Source: Octopus sinensis (lineage: Eukaryota). Taken from it: DNA of 64,000 bases. Made by a program: the position numbers and the translations under genes. Shown one piece after another: positions 35,380 to 48,869 of this stretch. Below the pieces are notes generated by a model. That model saw only the letters and a list, made by a program, of their open reading frames with translations. It searched no databases and was not told where the DNA came from. Location of the stretch: NCBI RefSeq assembly GCF_006345805.1, contig NC_043013.1:13454001-13518000 (forward strand), given 5' to 3'. Each line of letters starts with the position of its first letter. The first letter of the stretch is position 1.

Positions 35380-38300
35380 ATTATGGGTGGCTTATCTGGT
35401 ATTCTTTGAAGGAATCTATCCAGACTCTGTTTAAAGTTAATGGGATCCTTTTCCTCTTTGATCTCTCTCGGGACAATGTTAAATAGGGCAGGGCCTGTTG
35501 AGGAAAAGAAATTATGTTGCAGTGTACATGTATGTTGTGATCTTCAATTTGGCAGGGGATGTATAGCCCGTGGTCCAAGTCTTGGATGAACCTTGAAGCT
35601 AATGTTTAGGTCGTTTGGGCAAAGTTGGCGGTATATTTTCCGCATCGTACAAATGATGTACCGCTCACGGCGACGCTGGAGAGAGTAGAGTTTCAAGGCT
35701 TTAAGGCGATCCCAATAATAGAGAGCAGCCATGCCTTCAATTCGTTTAGTGAGTGCCCTCTGGGATGACTCAATTCTGGAGATGTTTTGTCTTGTGTGAG
35801 GAGACCACAGTGGGCAGCAGTATTCAAGGTGTGGCCGTACAAAGGAGGAAAAAAGTGGTATGATGACACCTTGTTCTCTGGACCGGAAAGTTCTTAAGAT
35901 CCAGGAACTCATCCTACGAGCTATATCGACCTTCTTGTTGATGTGTGCACTCCAACTGAGATCGTCATCAACAATTACACCCATGTCTCTGATATTGTTA
36001 GAGGCTGTGAGCGGTTCCCCTGAAGGAAGAGAGTATGGCTGTTTTAGTGAGGAGTTTCTTCCAAAATGCATCAGCTCAAATTTTCCCTCGTTCAGTTGCA
36101 TTTTGTTTCTGTCTGCCCATTGACTCACGGCATATAGATCAGACTGGAGTTGAGTTCGGTCTGCTTCTTCATTGACGATTTGCTGGAGCTTGGTGTCATC
36201 AGCAAATATTTTCAGTTTGCAGTGATGTACGACACTGGAAAGGTCGTTTATGTAGATTATGAAAAGTAGCGGACCCAAGACAGTCCCCTGGGGGACACCG
36301 CTGGTGACTTTTGCTGGGCTTGAGTGGACTCCACAACTACAACATGTTGTGTTCTATTCGCCAGGAAATACTTGATCCAGTGTAGAACTTTTCCACGGAT
36401 TCCAACATTTGCCAATTTTGATAGTAGGATATTATGGTCTACCCTGTTGAACGCTTACTGAAGTCAAGAATATTGACATCAGAGGTTCGAACCTGTTCCC
36501 AAGGCTTTGAGTACATCTTCAATGTGATGTAAGAACTGTGTTAGACAGTCCCTGCCACAGCGGAAGCCATGCTGATTTGCATTTAGGAGTTCTGGGTCTC
36601 CAGGAAGTTAGCCATCCTTGATCTTAACACTCTTCAAACACTTTGATGATGTGGGAGGTGAGTGAGTGAGATGGGCGATAGTTGAGTGCGAGGGATCTGT
36701 TTCCCTGTTTTTGAAAACGGGGATGACGACTGGGATAGAAACTGTCTTGGTATATAACCTGCGTCTAACGAATTTCTCCAGAGGTTGGTCAGAGGGACTG
36801 CAAGTTGGTGTTTACATTCCTTCAGGAGACTAGCGGGAATCTATCAGGGCCTACAGCAGAGTAGTATTTGACCTCATTTATTGCTGCTACAATGTCAGTG
36901 GGAGTGAGGTTATGTCTGCAATTTTGTGTTGGGAGTCAACTTCGTTCGCTTCTCTTACGTCAATATCAGGGGAACACTAAAGACAGAGCAGTATGTTTCT
37001 GCAGTATTTCTGCCATTCTTTAGCATCGTGTTGGGGAATGCCGTTAGCATCAATCAATGGCCCAATGGGTGAGACAGTGGTTCTATGCTTATTTGCATAG
37101 GAATAGAACACTTTTGGGTTCTGTTTGATGTTTTTGATTACCCACTGTTCTCCGCAGCTCTTTGATTTTCAATGGGTTTTCATGTCGTTCTGCAGATGAA
37201 GTTTTTCCAGCTCTAGCCTTTTCATTGTTGTTGAACGTGGATGTTGTTTGTGGGAATATTTTAATTGGTTGATTTTTTTGTTAAGTCTTTTGATGCGCCT
37301 GATGAGTGTTTTCTTCTTTTTAGGGAGCCGATTTTCTGTTTGTGTTAGTAGATTTCGTGGGAGCGTGTTTAGACCATGTATATGTGACAATGTTTTCAAA
37401 GTGCTGCCATGCGGTCTCAATATGGGTGGAATTGAGAGTAAAAGACCAGTCGATGAAAGACAGATCCTTTCTGATTGCTCCCCAGTCCGCTTTGTGGAAG
37501 TTTATGTTATCAAATGAGTGCCATGGAGTGGGATTGGCTGGTTTGGTTTTTATATGTCGGGAATTGAAATTGCAGAGTACCATGTCGTGATCTGAGAGGA
37601 GAGTTTTTTCAACTGAAATACTGTGAACGAAGCTAGAGTGATTGGTCAATACCAGATCCAAGATCGTTTTATTCTGTCTCGTTGGTTCGAGCACAAGCTG
37701 AGTAGGAAGTATTCATCCATTAGATTAAAGAGCAGTTCCACTGCTGCTCTATCTGATGTAGAGCACTTGCCTAACTTTAGTGTATTTGTGGGCCAGTTCA
37801 CATGAGGGAGGTTAAAATCACCCATTACTAGTATGTTTCCGGAGAGTGTACTTCCGAAGGAAGGAAGGACTTAACTTTGCTAAGGCACTCTTCAAAGCAC
37901 TTTAAAGGTGCTTGGGGAGGCCTGTAAAGACCAACAATGACTATGTCCTTGGCCTTGCTGAATAGTGATACAGATTCACAATAGCCATTTGAAAAATATG
38001 TCCTTGGCATCAAGTAAGAAGGAGTCATGGATAAAGATGGCTGTCCCTCCCTTATTTCGGTTTGTACGATCCACACGAACAATGGTAAAATCTTTTTTTT
38101 CACCTCGGCGTCTATATGGGTGTTGTTCAGGTGAGTCTCGGTAAGGATTAAAGAAAGGGAAGCAATGTGTCGTTTCGGCAAGCCAACTCTCTATATATGG
38201 GATCTTCCATTTTTGGGCAATAATTGATGGGTTGATGCCACGTACATTTAATGGAATGTCGAGGTAAGTGAAGTTTGATGTTTGCATTGTTCAAGTTGTT

Positions 38301-39600
38301 CAGTGGTAACAATTGGGTAGGTCTTGTATGGAGCTGTGTGTGTATGATTTTCTTGTTGGTAGTGAGTGTGGGTCCTTGTGATTTGCATAGGTGGGTTGCT
38401 GATAGCTCGTTGGATCTCCTGGCTTAGGTCGGCCTTCATATTTTCTAGGTAAGTCAGTAAAAAAGAGAGTTACCACTTTGGTGCCCCACTGGTCGGAGGA
38501 TACATATTTTCATGTTTGTGTTACTTGGTGTTATGGTTTTTCATGGTTCCGTCTTCGTTGTTTGATTGTAGGAGGGGGAAACGTGGTTGTATGTTGCTTT
38601 AATTGTTGTCGAAGATCTCCTCTGTTGCTGTTTATATATATTTGTGATCGTTTTGTGCCCTTCAGTGGTGGTGGTTGCATTCTGGGTTCAGGCACATCCT
38701 TAGTGACACAGAAGTTTGGCCACAGTTTTAGGATGAAAGAGGTGCATCTATTGCCTTTGTACATCCATATTTGGATCAGGACCATGGATTCTGTATTTAG
38801 GACAGTATTTGGGGTGGAGGTGAGGGCAGTTTTTTCCCGTTATACCGTGTGTGGACAGGTGCCTTAACAAGTCTACGACATAGGGTGGGATGGGAAAAAG
38901 CACAGCGTCCTTGTTGTTGTTGCCGCTGGGGCCAAATTTACAGTTGCCTTGAGCATAGTAAGGCAGGGCAGGGTGTTTGATATGGTGTATGGGTGATTTT
39001 TCTATAGCAGAGTGTTGTTGTTGCTGTAGCAGCAGTGAAACTTGACTTGCAACAGCAGAGCTAGCAGGTGGAATCGGGTCAGGTACTGGTGATGTAGTAG
39101 CAGAAACAGGCTGTTGTGATAGTGAGTCCTGTGGAATGGGTGGAATGAGGTCAGATGTTTGTTGCTTGACCTGTTGGAGTTGGGTCATTTGGTACACTAC
39201 ATTCATTGACAAGGATTGTTTTTAGTTTTGCCATGTGCGTGTGAATAATAGGAAATATTCTGACAATCTCTTTGTTTTATTTTCTATCTGTTTACAGATC
39301 TGTGAAAGGATTGCTTTGCTAATTTTTCAGCTATTTACTGTAAACATAGCTTCATTGTGGTGAGTGTACCAAGCGTATCATTGCAGTGTTCATTTTCAAC
39401 CCAGTGGCGTTTTTGAATATTATCGGCCATATTCAGTGGGACAGTATTATACACTGTACGTTAGTTATTGATGAAAAGTTTGTGTCGATATATCGGAAAT
39501 GCGTGGCTATATCTGAGTGGGTGTGGGAGAGTCAGTGTATATAGTACAAATCAGGATGAGCGCTGATTTAATACAGATCAAGAAAAAGAATTGTACTCAC
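35380..39600 (-). mobile_element. Near full-length degenerate CR1-clade LINE (ORF1 with CCCH-like fingers; ORF2 APE + RT)
   Basis: RT 35544-36278 (GPLLFIIYINDL, KIFADDTKL, VRPHLEYCC, SLQRRRERY); APE 37828-38287 (LTETHL, VGLYRPP) and ILDLVLTN..SDHD (37320-37694); Cys/His repeats 38640-38975. Confidence 0.9.
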
Positions 39601-40111
39601 GGGGCTAGTTTAGAATAGTCTTGGGTTTAGTTTTGGTTTAAATTCTTTTTCCGGGTTGTATATAAATTTGTATAACTTTATCCTCCGATGGTAGTAGTTA
39701 GAGTAGAAGAGTAGAATAGTAGAATGAAGAATTCAAAAGTACTGGACTAAAAACAATGAGAGTTCTGCTGGCTGAGTTGAAATATGCTTCTTGGCTACTG
39801 ACTTTCACCGGAGCTATAAAAAAGTACGTCTTGTCAGGACGAATGCCCTTACATACACACACACATATATATATATATTATATATATATATATATATAAT
39901 ATATATATACCGGAATATATATATATATATTAATACCGGAATATATATATATATATTAATACCGGAGTATAGTATCTATATAATACCGGTAGTAATATAT
40001 ATTATATATACCGGAGTAAACACATAAATGTGAAACAAGGTGGAAAAAAGAGTAATCAAATACCAGTGGTAGATTAATATGCTTTATTTAAAGCACCATA
40101 AAATTCAACAT

Positions 40112-40154
40112 AACCTGTTACTCTGAGTTTCCCGTTGCCGTTCATCGGACAGTT
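40112..40154 (-). ncRNA. Minimal type I hammerhead-ribozyme-like motif (U4C variant) in a putative Penelope-like repeat
   Basis: AACUGU-CCGAUGA-ACG GCAA CGG-GAAA-CUC A GAG-UA-ACAG(G)UU: stem I, core, GNRA-capped stem II, palindromic stem III, GUA cleavage triplet. Confidence 0.6.
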
Positions 40155-40161
40155 TTTGCTA

Positions 40162-40200
<39 letters not shown>

Positions 40201-41681
40201 CATACACACAATTATGTATCATCATTTAACTGCCATCTTCCTTGCTAACGTAGGTTGGACAATCCAATAGGATCAAAACATCTGGAGGACTGCGTTGAGC
40301 TCCAATGTCTACTTTAGCATGGTTTCTTTTTAGTGGGGGAAAAAGAGGAAAATAATCAGAATATAATATGAAAGTTGGATGGTACTGACTTCATAAACAA
40401 AGGAAGAAAGTCTTTGAAGAAAGTAGTTATAGTTGGACATTCCTTAGCCTCTTACATTGGAAGATAAACATCCAGTGAACTGAGACACTGACCTAGTTTC
40501 AATTCCCAGTTTCAATTCCTTGTTTCAATTTCTGCTTGAAGGGAATTAAGAAGTTATCATAAATTTGTATTTCTCTTCCTATAAAATTGTTGTCACGTGC
40601 TTCATATAAAACAATGAATATGATAAATATTAAATATCATCATTATCAGTTAGACATCTGTCCTTCTGTGCTGACACATTGTTGCATAGGTCTATTCTAT
40701 TGTATATCACAATTCCGTTGATCTTCCATTATTTTATTTGTTAAACCCTGCATTCTCATGTCACAGTTGACCATTTCTTCCAGTGACTCATCATTAATAT
40801 TACTCTTCTCTGTATACCTCCATTATCTCAGTCAGATCTGTCAACGTATAAAATGCATCAAAGACAGAGCAAGGTTAACATTCGATGACTTTGTTGGCTT
40901 TGACAGTGCCATATTCCTTTAAGTTCTATTCTATCATGAACGTATCGTATGGAATGAAAATTATGTTCTTGTAGAGATGAATAATCAGAAACCTTACGGA
41001 ATATTTGTTCCATTTCCAAAACTTAGCACTTGGAAATGTAGAATGTTTAGTGAATTCAAGTTAAAAAGTTACCCAGGTTGGAAGTGCAATATGCTTTCAA
41101 GGGGGCGGGGGGGGGACTACAAAATATTAAATAAACAGAACTATTTAACTGTTCTTTGTATTCCTTTTCCCATTCATTTTAGTCATTTTTTAAAGATATA
41201 TTAGAGCTATTCTCTTGTGTCTGGGGAGAGTCATTCTCTTTTAGTGCCTTATAATCTGACAAACTCACCGGTAAAATTTTCACAGCGTCCTGCAACCTTT
41301 TCAATAGTTTATAATCATATCTTTGTAAGTCTGACATGGCTTATAAGTTTTACACAAATGATTAAACTGGTTAAGCAAAATTCTGTTATCATGATGTGGC
41401 ACTGTTTCTATCCAGATTTCATTCATTACAGTCCAATGTCAAAACCAGTGTACCATGCAAAAAATTGTAAATAAGACAAACTGAAATCATGTGTATCTGT
41501 ATTAATAGTGATGAGATTATCTCCACCTGATAATCTTGGCTTTACTCGTGTCTTGTACTGTTTATATGTCTTCTCTATAATTTGTTGTAAATTTTGAGAT
41601 TCTCTGTTATAGAATTAATGTCAGATGTTGGAACTCCATCATTCCTTCAAACATTCAAATTAAAATTTTTTTTATTTTCAG

Positions 41682-41719
41682 GATGTAAAGAAATGGATTC
41701 AGGAAAACATAAAATTGAG
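41682..41719 (+). CDS. TRPM: TRPM-like exon, copy B (DVKKWIQENIKLR)
   Basis: ttttattttcAG|38 nt|GTaatt, phase 0 to 2; paralog of 14018-14058. Confidence 0.8.
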
Positions 41720-42495
41720 GTAATTCAAGCAATAAGCTCATAATTCTGATAAAATATAAGTACATGTGTAGAAGGATTTCAGTTATACTACATAGTGAGT
41801 TGAAAAACTTTGGTCAACCGAGATTATCCAAGTAGCTAGTTGACAAAAACTTCTGGGGATGTCAGTAACCCCAAAACAACAAGCAATGAAGATAACTTAA
41901 AATTAATTGATTGTTGATTTATACATAAGTCTTTTCACATAATATATTGCAAATATACTAAGTTGCTACACTTCAAAAACTCTTACACTATTAGATCACT
42001 GGTGTTATTTATCAATAGCGAAAAAAAGTCAACAGAAGGCTCAAAAAAAATTTGGTTGGCAAAATGAGAATTCATCATTTCTGTATACTTAATTCTTTTA
42101 AGACAGCTCTAGTATTAATAATTTTAACAATCAGACTCATTTCTTTTATTGGTGAAAGAAGTTAGAGTTTATGATATCGATTTCTTTCTCTGTTTTGTAA
42201 GGATCAGATTGCTGTAAATCAACTCAGTGGGAAATCCATAGTGTCTGCTAATGATACTTCAAATTATACTCATGGATACATGAGAGAGGGATACAGAAAG
42301 AGAGAGAGACACACACACACAAAGAGAGAGAGATTTACTCATTTTGGAATTCTACTTTCTGGCAAGAGACTTCACCAAAGTTTGTGTTGAACGTAAAATG
42401 ACTTCATCATGGATGGTGAATGATAGCCATCTCATCATACATTTATTGTTATATTCACTATATTTATATTTTCATATTTAGTATTAAATATGAGT

Positions 42496-42711
42496 TAAGG
42501 CGGCGAGCTGGCAGAAACATTACCATGCTGGGTGAAATGCTTAGCGGTATTTCGTCTGTCTTTACGTTCTGAGTTCAAATTCCACCAAGGTCGACTTTGC
42601 CTTTCATCCTTTCAGGGTCGATTAATTAAGTACCAGTTGCGTACTAGGGTCGTTCTAATCGACTGTCCCCCTACCAAAAATTTTGGGCCCTGTGCCTAGA
42701 GTAGAAAAGAA
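42496..42711 (+). mobile_element. SINE family 2 with 14-bp target-site duplication
   Basis: TATTAAATATGAGT at 42482-42495 and 42712-42725. Confidence 0.92.
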
Positions 42712-45435
42712 TATTAAATATGAGTAAGTCTCAAAGGTTACATCAAATACATACTTTTTGGAGGTTTGGGATGAAGTTCAAAATGTCGTTTTATTGTTAT
42801 TTAATAATTCAATAGATTCCAGTTTCCTCTGCTTCCAAAGATACTGAGGGGTAAGCAGCAATTAATGCATGAAATACAATATACGGGAAAATGAGATCTT
42901 TGTGTTTCTCAGCAAAAGGAATTCAAAGAAGCAAAAATATGAGAAATATAAAACAAAGTCAGTATATTAAGCCATGCGGAAATGGAAGACAACAGAGAGA
43001 GGGGGGGGGAGAGGGAAAGAGAAAATTAAGGGAAGGAGATGAGGATTGTCTATGTCTTATTATAGATGGTCATCATGATATTGGATACAAGAAGTGTTAG
43101 TAGGTATGGGATTTCTAGCAGAGGAGAGTGGAGATGGGTGGTTGATGTTCATGTGGAACTCAGGTGAAAAAGAAATAAGGAAAGAGTAAATAGCAACAGG
43201 TGTGTGTGGAGAGATGTGTGCCACTATACAATATATATATGTGTGAGAGGGTAAGTATAAGATTCAAGCAGTGTGAATATGTATGTGCACTTGTATGTGG
43301 TGGATGGAATATGAGGGAAGGAGTTGGATAAAAAAAGAAATAATCTTTAATTCCAGTGGGAGATAATACTTATAAAGGGACAGTTAAGCAAAGTTAAAAA
43401 GTGAAAGGAAAAATTTAGGGGAAAATTTACCTTTAGGGGTTGATTCTGGAAAATTCACCTTTAGGGGTTAATTATGGCTGTGGATTGATGCCTTTAAAAA
43501 GAAAATCAATCATTGTTCACAAAGACTTTTATTGGATGAATTGGGATATCGGAGAAATCTGTAAACGCCAACAGCATGTTGACCAACTCCGTACACAGGT
43601 GTGTGTGTGCATGAAAGTGTGTGCGTGCACATATGTGTATGCATGTGTAAATATTCACTGATGAATACATCCATTAATTTTAATGTTGTACTTGTTTGTC
43701 AAATGACTTGATCTGAAGTTGAATGTTGAATCTAAAACAATTGCATCATGGGAAAGTCATAATAGCCATCACATCATGTATACACTATTGATAGAGATGT
43801 GAGAGAAATTATCTACTAACTCTTATCTGGATGGAAAAGAGTTTCTAATTTAAGCACAAGACCAGCAATTTTTCGGGGAATGGTTAAATGAGCACCAGCA
43901 CTTGACTGCTACTTTATTTTATCAAACTCCAAGAGGACAAAAGACAAAGATGGCCTCATCAAAAATTGAACTCAGAATGTTAAGTATCAAAAGTAATATG
44001 TTTTAACAATTCTGCCAGCTCATAACTGTACTGCCATTGTTTTTTAAATTTTGAGGAAATTTTAAATAATTGATAATATTTAAGAAAAAAATTCTTTCGC
44101 TCAGTGTCTGATACTAATTTGATGTGACCTTTGCATTTGCAGGCAACAGTCACTGACTGTTTTGGTACTTTATTTTAATGACTCCCCAACTCCAGAAAGA
44201 CAAAATGAAAGGTTGAGCAATGTAAAACTTGAACTCAATATAAATACTTGAAGCTAATACCACATGGTATTTTTTCTGACCCGCTAATGATCTTGTTGTT
44301 TACATATTTTAGTCTAATTAGATTTCCTCAGCAAAGCATAGCCTTCATCGGAGCTTGTCACCACATAATTATTATTAATTAAGAACAGTTTTTATGAATT
44401 ACTATGTTGGCTAATGCTGAGAATACATATATTTTGCTAATCCAGGTAATATCAGGTAATGTTACATAACTATAATAATTATAATTATACATTTTCAAAT
44501 TTCATAGAAAATGAATGCTAATTTTCAAAATAAAAATATTTTTGAAATTAAAACATAAATTTTAATAGATTTTTCTGATTTGTTTATTTGTAATGAATAT
44601 ATACTATCAATAATGATAATACTGTTTATATATTGAGGAACTACATTAGTAATAATATCTGATACAGTTAACTGTGACAAATACACATACCCAATATTAC
44701 CTTTCATATGAATTTAGTTGTACAGTAAGCAAGGGGGATAAATCCAATAAGATCAACATTTTCTTTCCTTGGGCAAGAGGGGAACAAATAGAGAGAGAGA
44801 GAGAGAGTGATAAAAGGAGACACTACCGGACATCTCATGCAGTTTCTTTTCACACCTACTTAATTCAATTTTTATATTGTTAGTGTGGGGATCTAGTCTA
44901 ATGGACACAAGAGATGTGTGTATCAGTGGTACCTGGATAGGGTGGAAAGAGAGCAACCAGTTCTGTGGAGCAGAGGCTATTGTAGTAGTGGTAAAAAAGG
45001 CAAAGAGAGGACACAGCACAACTATAGGTCAGAATTTAGTGTGTATTGGTAAGTGACTTCATGCCAGTCAGATGAGTCACCTTTTTTTCTTTCTTGATGT
45101 GGTCTTATGAGACCTGTATGTGTAAGGGCAGCATCATCCCAGATGTGGAATCACTATTCCCCAGTGTGCCTCATTTTTCTCCATTTACTTCTGATGGCAA
45201 AATGTTTCTTTGCTTTTCCTTTTAAGTTTATTTAAAATTAATCATTGTTTTATTCAACTAAATTGAAAGATAAGTATCCATTTCTGTGTATAGATTTATA
45301 TCTCTATATCTGTGAATATTTGTATTTTTCATTGGAGTTGTTCTTTATCTCTTGATTTTGTCATTTTCCTTTTTCTACCTTCCCCATCACAAATTTACTC
45401 CAATTGTTCATTTGGCTTTTGTTTGTCTTTGATAG

Positions 45436-45520
45436 AAACCTTAGAGACGAAGAGGCATCAAATCCCTGTGATGCATTTGGTGAGGTAAAGTTTGTAGAAC
45501 ATGATCAGAAAATTGCAAAG
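45436..45520 (+). CDS. TRPM: TRPM-like exon, copy B (NLRDEEASNPCDAFGEVKFVEHDQKIAK)
   Basis: gtctttgatAG|85 nt|GTaatt, phase 2 to 0; DAFGEVKF motif. Confidence 0.9.
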
Positions 45521-45889
45521 GTAATTGTTTTAATGCTTTTAAATATTTTTATTGATAATACTTGTCTGTAGAAATTTTATTGAATAATCAGTTCATGATT
45601 TCGGCAATGTATTTGTATAGCAGCAACGTTTTAAATGCTTTTTGTGAATGTTTTTACATACCCTTTTCTTTTTTGTACAGTTGGTTTTTATATTTCATAT
45701 TGGTGTGTATGAATTATTAGTAATACACATACACTTAGTGATTCTGAAAAGAAAGAAGCATAAAAGAGCTATCATTAAAGGTTATTATATGTGGTGATTG
45801 TAGTGAAAAAAAGGTCTTCTCAACATGGACTCAACAGAGGATCTAGTCTTTCTAGTTGACAGCACTGAAGAATATAAATGCATGGGAAT

Positions 45890-46330
45890 CTCCATGAACC
45901 GTTAGGAACGATTGCTATAATGCTTAAAATACTTGGCTGTATGGGATATGGCTTTGTTACTTCTATAGTGAATCAGATTATAGATGAAGGTGAGATTCCC
46001 AGTGAATGACATTACAACATAACAGCCAACTGTTGCAATGGTAAAGCAGATGCTAGAAAAAGATAAATATACAGAAGTATCAAACTGCTGGACAAGGGTA
46101 CAAAAGTTATGGAAACAACGAATGATCAAGTTATTAGAAGAAAAGTTAGACTAAATGAGATATAGTTTGGTTTGGTTGCTTTCTATAGACAAGTATTAAA
46201 AATGCCCAAGAGAAGTATCTGGCTAAAATTGTGTTCAATGACCTGTAGAAAACCTTTGACAGAGATCCTTACTCTCTCTGATCTGGTGGTCAGAGGAAAC
46301 TGGCAGTTGATAGCCATACAGACCATGTAC
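45890..46330 (+). mobile_element. Degenerate RTE RT fragment
   Basis: Homologous to 25780-26130 (VTV..YKG, GIKLLD, FGLVA..). Confidence 0.55.
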
Positions 46331-46769
46331 AGAGGTGCTGTTAGAAATTCCATACAGTGTAATTAGTGCAAATTATAGAAACACAAGTCTTGCAATAGTA
46401 GCACAGTGTAAATATTTAATGAAGGTCAAAACAAATATACATGATTAACAATTTAGTCATTTTTATAAAACCTCGGTATGACTAAACTTTCAATCATGGA
46501 TATTTCTTATGATCTTCAGCGAAAATTTAGACTTATATTACATTCTGGCTCTGTGAAACTCATTGGAATTTGTGTGAACATCCGAAAATTTGATCGTTTA
46601 AACAAGTTTTTCCGAATTTTGCTTTGTACATATAAACTTACCCAAACCTTGGATTATTTATTTATTTTTACCACTGATATGCAAAACGTTGTTGAACCAG
46701 CTTGATATTTGAATAAATGTATTACAAAATTTTGAAACAATTTGAGATTTAGATGCATTTTCAAATCCC

Positions 46770-46975
46770 AAATAAATTCTGTCATATATATATAACTTTC
46801 TCCAGAATATTCTTATTCTAGCAGATACACTCACAGAGCATCCACCCCCACTACTGTCTTGGTCACATAGGTAACAGAAGCTATCAACTACTTCAAGTTT
46901 TTTACCCTGGCATGTGATGGAATCTGTTTTCTGTGCATTTTCGTTGTTTATTGCACTTGTGCAACTTCCACACAC
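46770..46975 (-). mobile_element. RTE RT 3' fragment
   Basis: CGSCTSAINNEN...GKKLEVVDSFCYLCDQ.SSGGGCS.SV.ARIRI.W. Confidence 0.75.
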
Positions 46976-48059
46976 AGAAACTATCTTCCCATGTAACTTT
47001 CCTTTGATATTGCTGTACCTCTTATGTGTCTATAGCTTACAACAGGTACATCTTATAGATTTTCTACCTACGCCTTTTCTACAGATCAAGCAGGGCCATC
47101 TACTCGAAGGGTTTGTGTTTTGTCCGCCTTATATATATATAAATCCTGAAAACACATAAATTCATGAAATGCAAAAAGCAACACAAATCGCTAAAGTGAC
47201 TTCTAACAATTGCGAAACTTTACACAACAACCACGAAACCAATGGTTAAAAATATAAACGCCCAAACTGTGCAACATACTCCAATCTACTTGAAGGCTCG
47301 AATTTCCTTTCCAAACAAGGAGAGAGGGTCACAATTTAAATCAATTTTACTTATGCCTCTGAGAATCTAATTTATGTAATAACCTGCTCGGGTTGTGGAC
47401 ATAACTATATAGAACGAGTATGACATTGAGATGGAGAACCACTCTACATAAAGAACAGATCCGATTCCCGTAATACAGACAGATTCCTTTAAGAGAACAC
47501 ATAGAGAGATGTGCAGGTAACATCAAACCAGATTTCACAGTTTTTCCCTTCTACCAGCGCAACAATACAATTTCTATACAAATAAAGAAAAATTATTCAA
47601 CGAAAAATACAGAACACATCTAAATATGCACGCATAACCAGCTTTGTTCTCTATACATATTTTGACTCAGGATTGCATTCCCATCACTGTACATATTTCT
47701 CCCCACTACTCTAGCTTTTGAAATTTTGTGTATATATTTCCCTCCCCCGGCACTGAAGAATGAACAGTTATCTTCCCTGTCCACAATGATAACGATCACC
47801 AATTACCTCCCCTTAGAATTTTATGCTTGTTGAATCATTCATTCATAAACTACACACACATAGATAAAGAAAATACGTAATTAAAATAATTTTAATGTCA
47901 TGATTAGCTAAAACGAAACCAGTCGACAAACAACATAAAATATATTTTAAAAAAACTAAAACTATGTAAAGTGTGTGCATTTTCCTTCTTTAATTTCTTA
48001 TATATATTACAGCTTACCACGTGAGGATAATTGAAATTCCACCCTTTCTGTTACTAAAT

Positions 48060-48098
<39 letters not shown>

Positions 48099-48102
<4 letters not shown>

Positions 48103-48250
48103 CGCAGGAATTACTGTGTAATAAGTAGCTTGCTTATCAACCACATGGTTCCGGGTTCAGTCCCATTGCGAGGCACCTTGGTCAAGTATCTTCTGCTATG
48201 GCCTCGGGCCAAGCAAGGCCTGAAAGGAGCTTTGAAAGAAGCCTGTCGTA
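48099..48250 (+). mobile_element. SINE family 1, 5' portion
   Basis: GGCGCAGGA..GCTG..AAGTAGCTTGCTTA.CAACCACATGGTTCCGGGTTCAGTCCC. Confidence 0.8.
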
Positions 48251-48251
48251 C

Positions 48252-48300
<49 letters not shown>

Positions 48301-48869
48301 TTTATTATAATTTTTCTATTGAGAAAGGAGCCGGTTCCAACAAAGATACCAGGCTCATCTTCGGGATGTAGTTAACACAGACAAATTCACATTTGGAACT
48401 TGAGAAAAGTCTTGCATATTTTTACTGTTCCACTCACAGATTGAACTTGTAATCTACGAATCAGCCAGTCAAAATGCTCTTTCGGAAAATCTCAGTTTAT
48501 CCAGATTCTCTTTGTATTATGTATGTACGTATGTTCACACGCATGCATGTACTTATGTTTTGTGTCTATGTAATTATTGATTCTTGTATCTACCACTTGG
48601 ACAATAGTCTATTTATTGTAATGATGTAATGATTATGTCGATCTTAACTGAATTATAATTATTCTCAACGATATACCTCATTGATATTAGAATTTTATTC
48701 TGTTGTGGCAGAACTATTGGAATAAGTATTACAAAATAGAACAGAGATTACAGAAAATTTTGTAGAAAATAATTGCATCAAGAAATGGCTAATTCTAAAT
48801 TTTATATTCATGACTAATTCTAAGGTCTGGCCATATGGTGCCAGAGTAGCTTATATGTAGTTTAGATCC

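Noticed and set aside
40977-41204. ORF as linker exon between modules A and B
   Set aside because: The best splice pair gives phase 1 to 1, not the required 1 to 0, and there is no recognisable homology.
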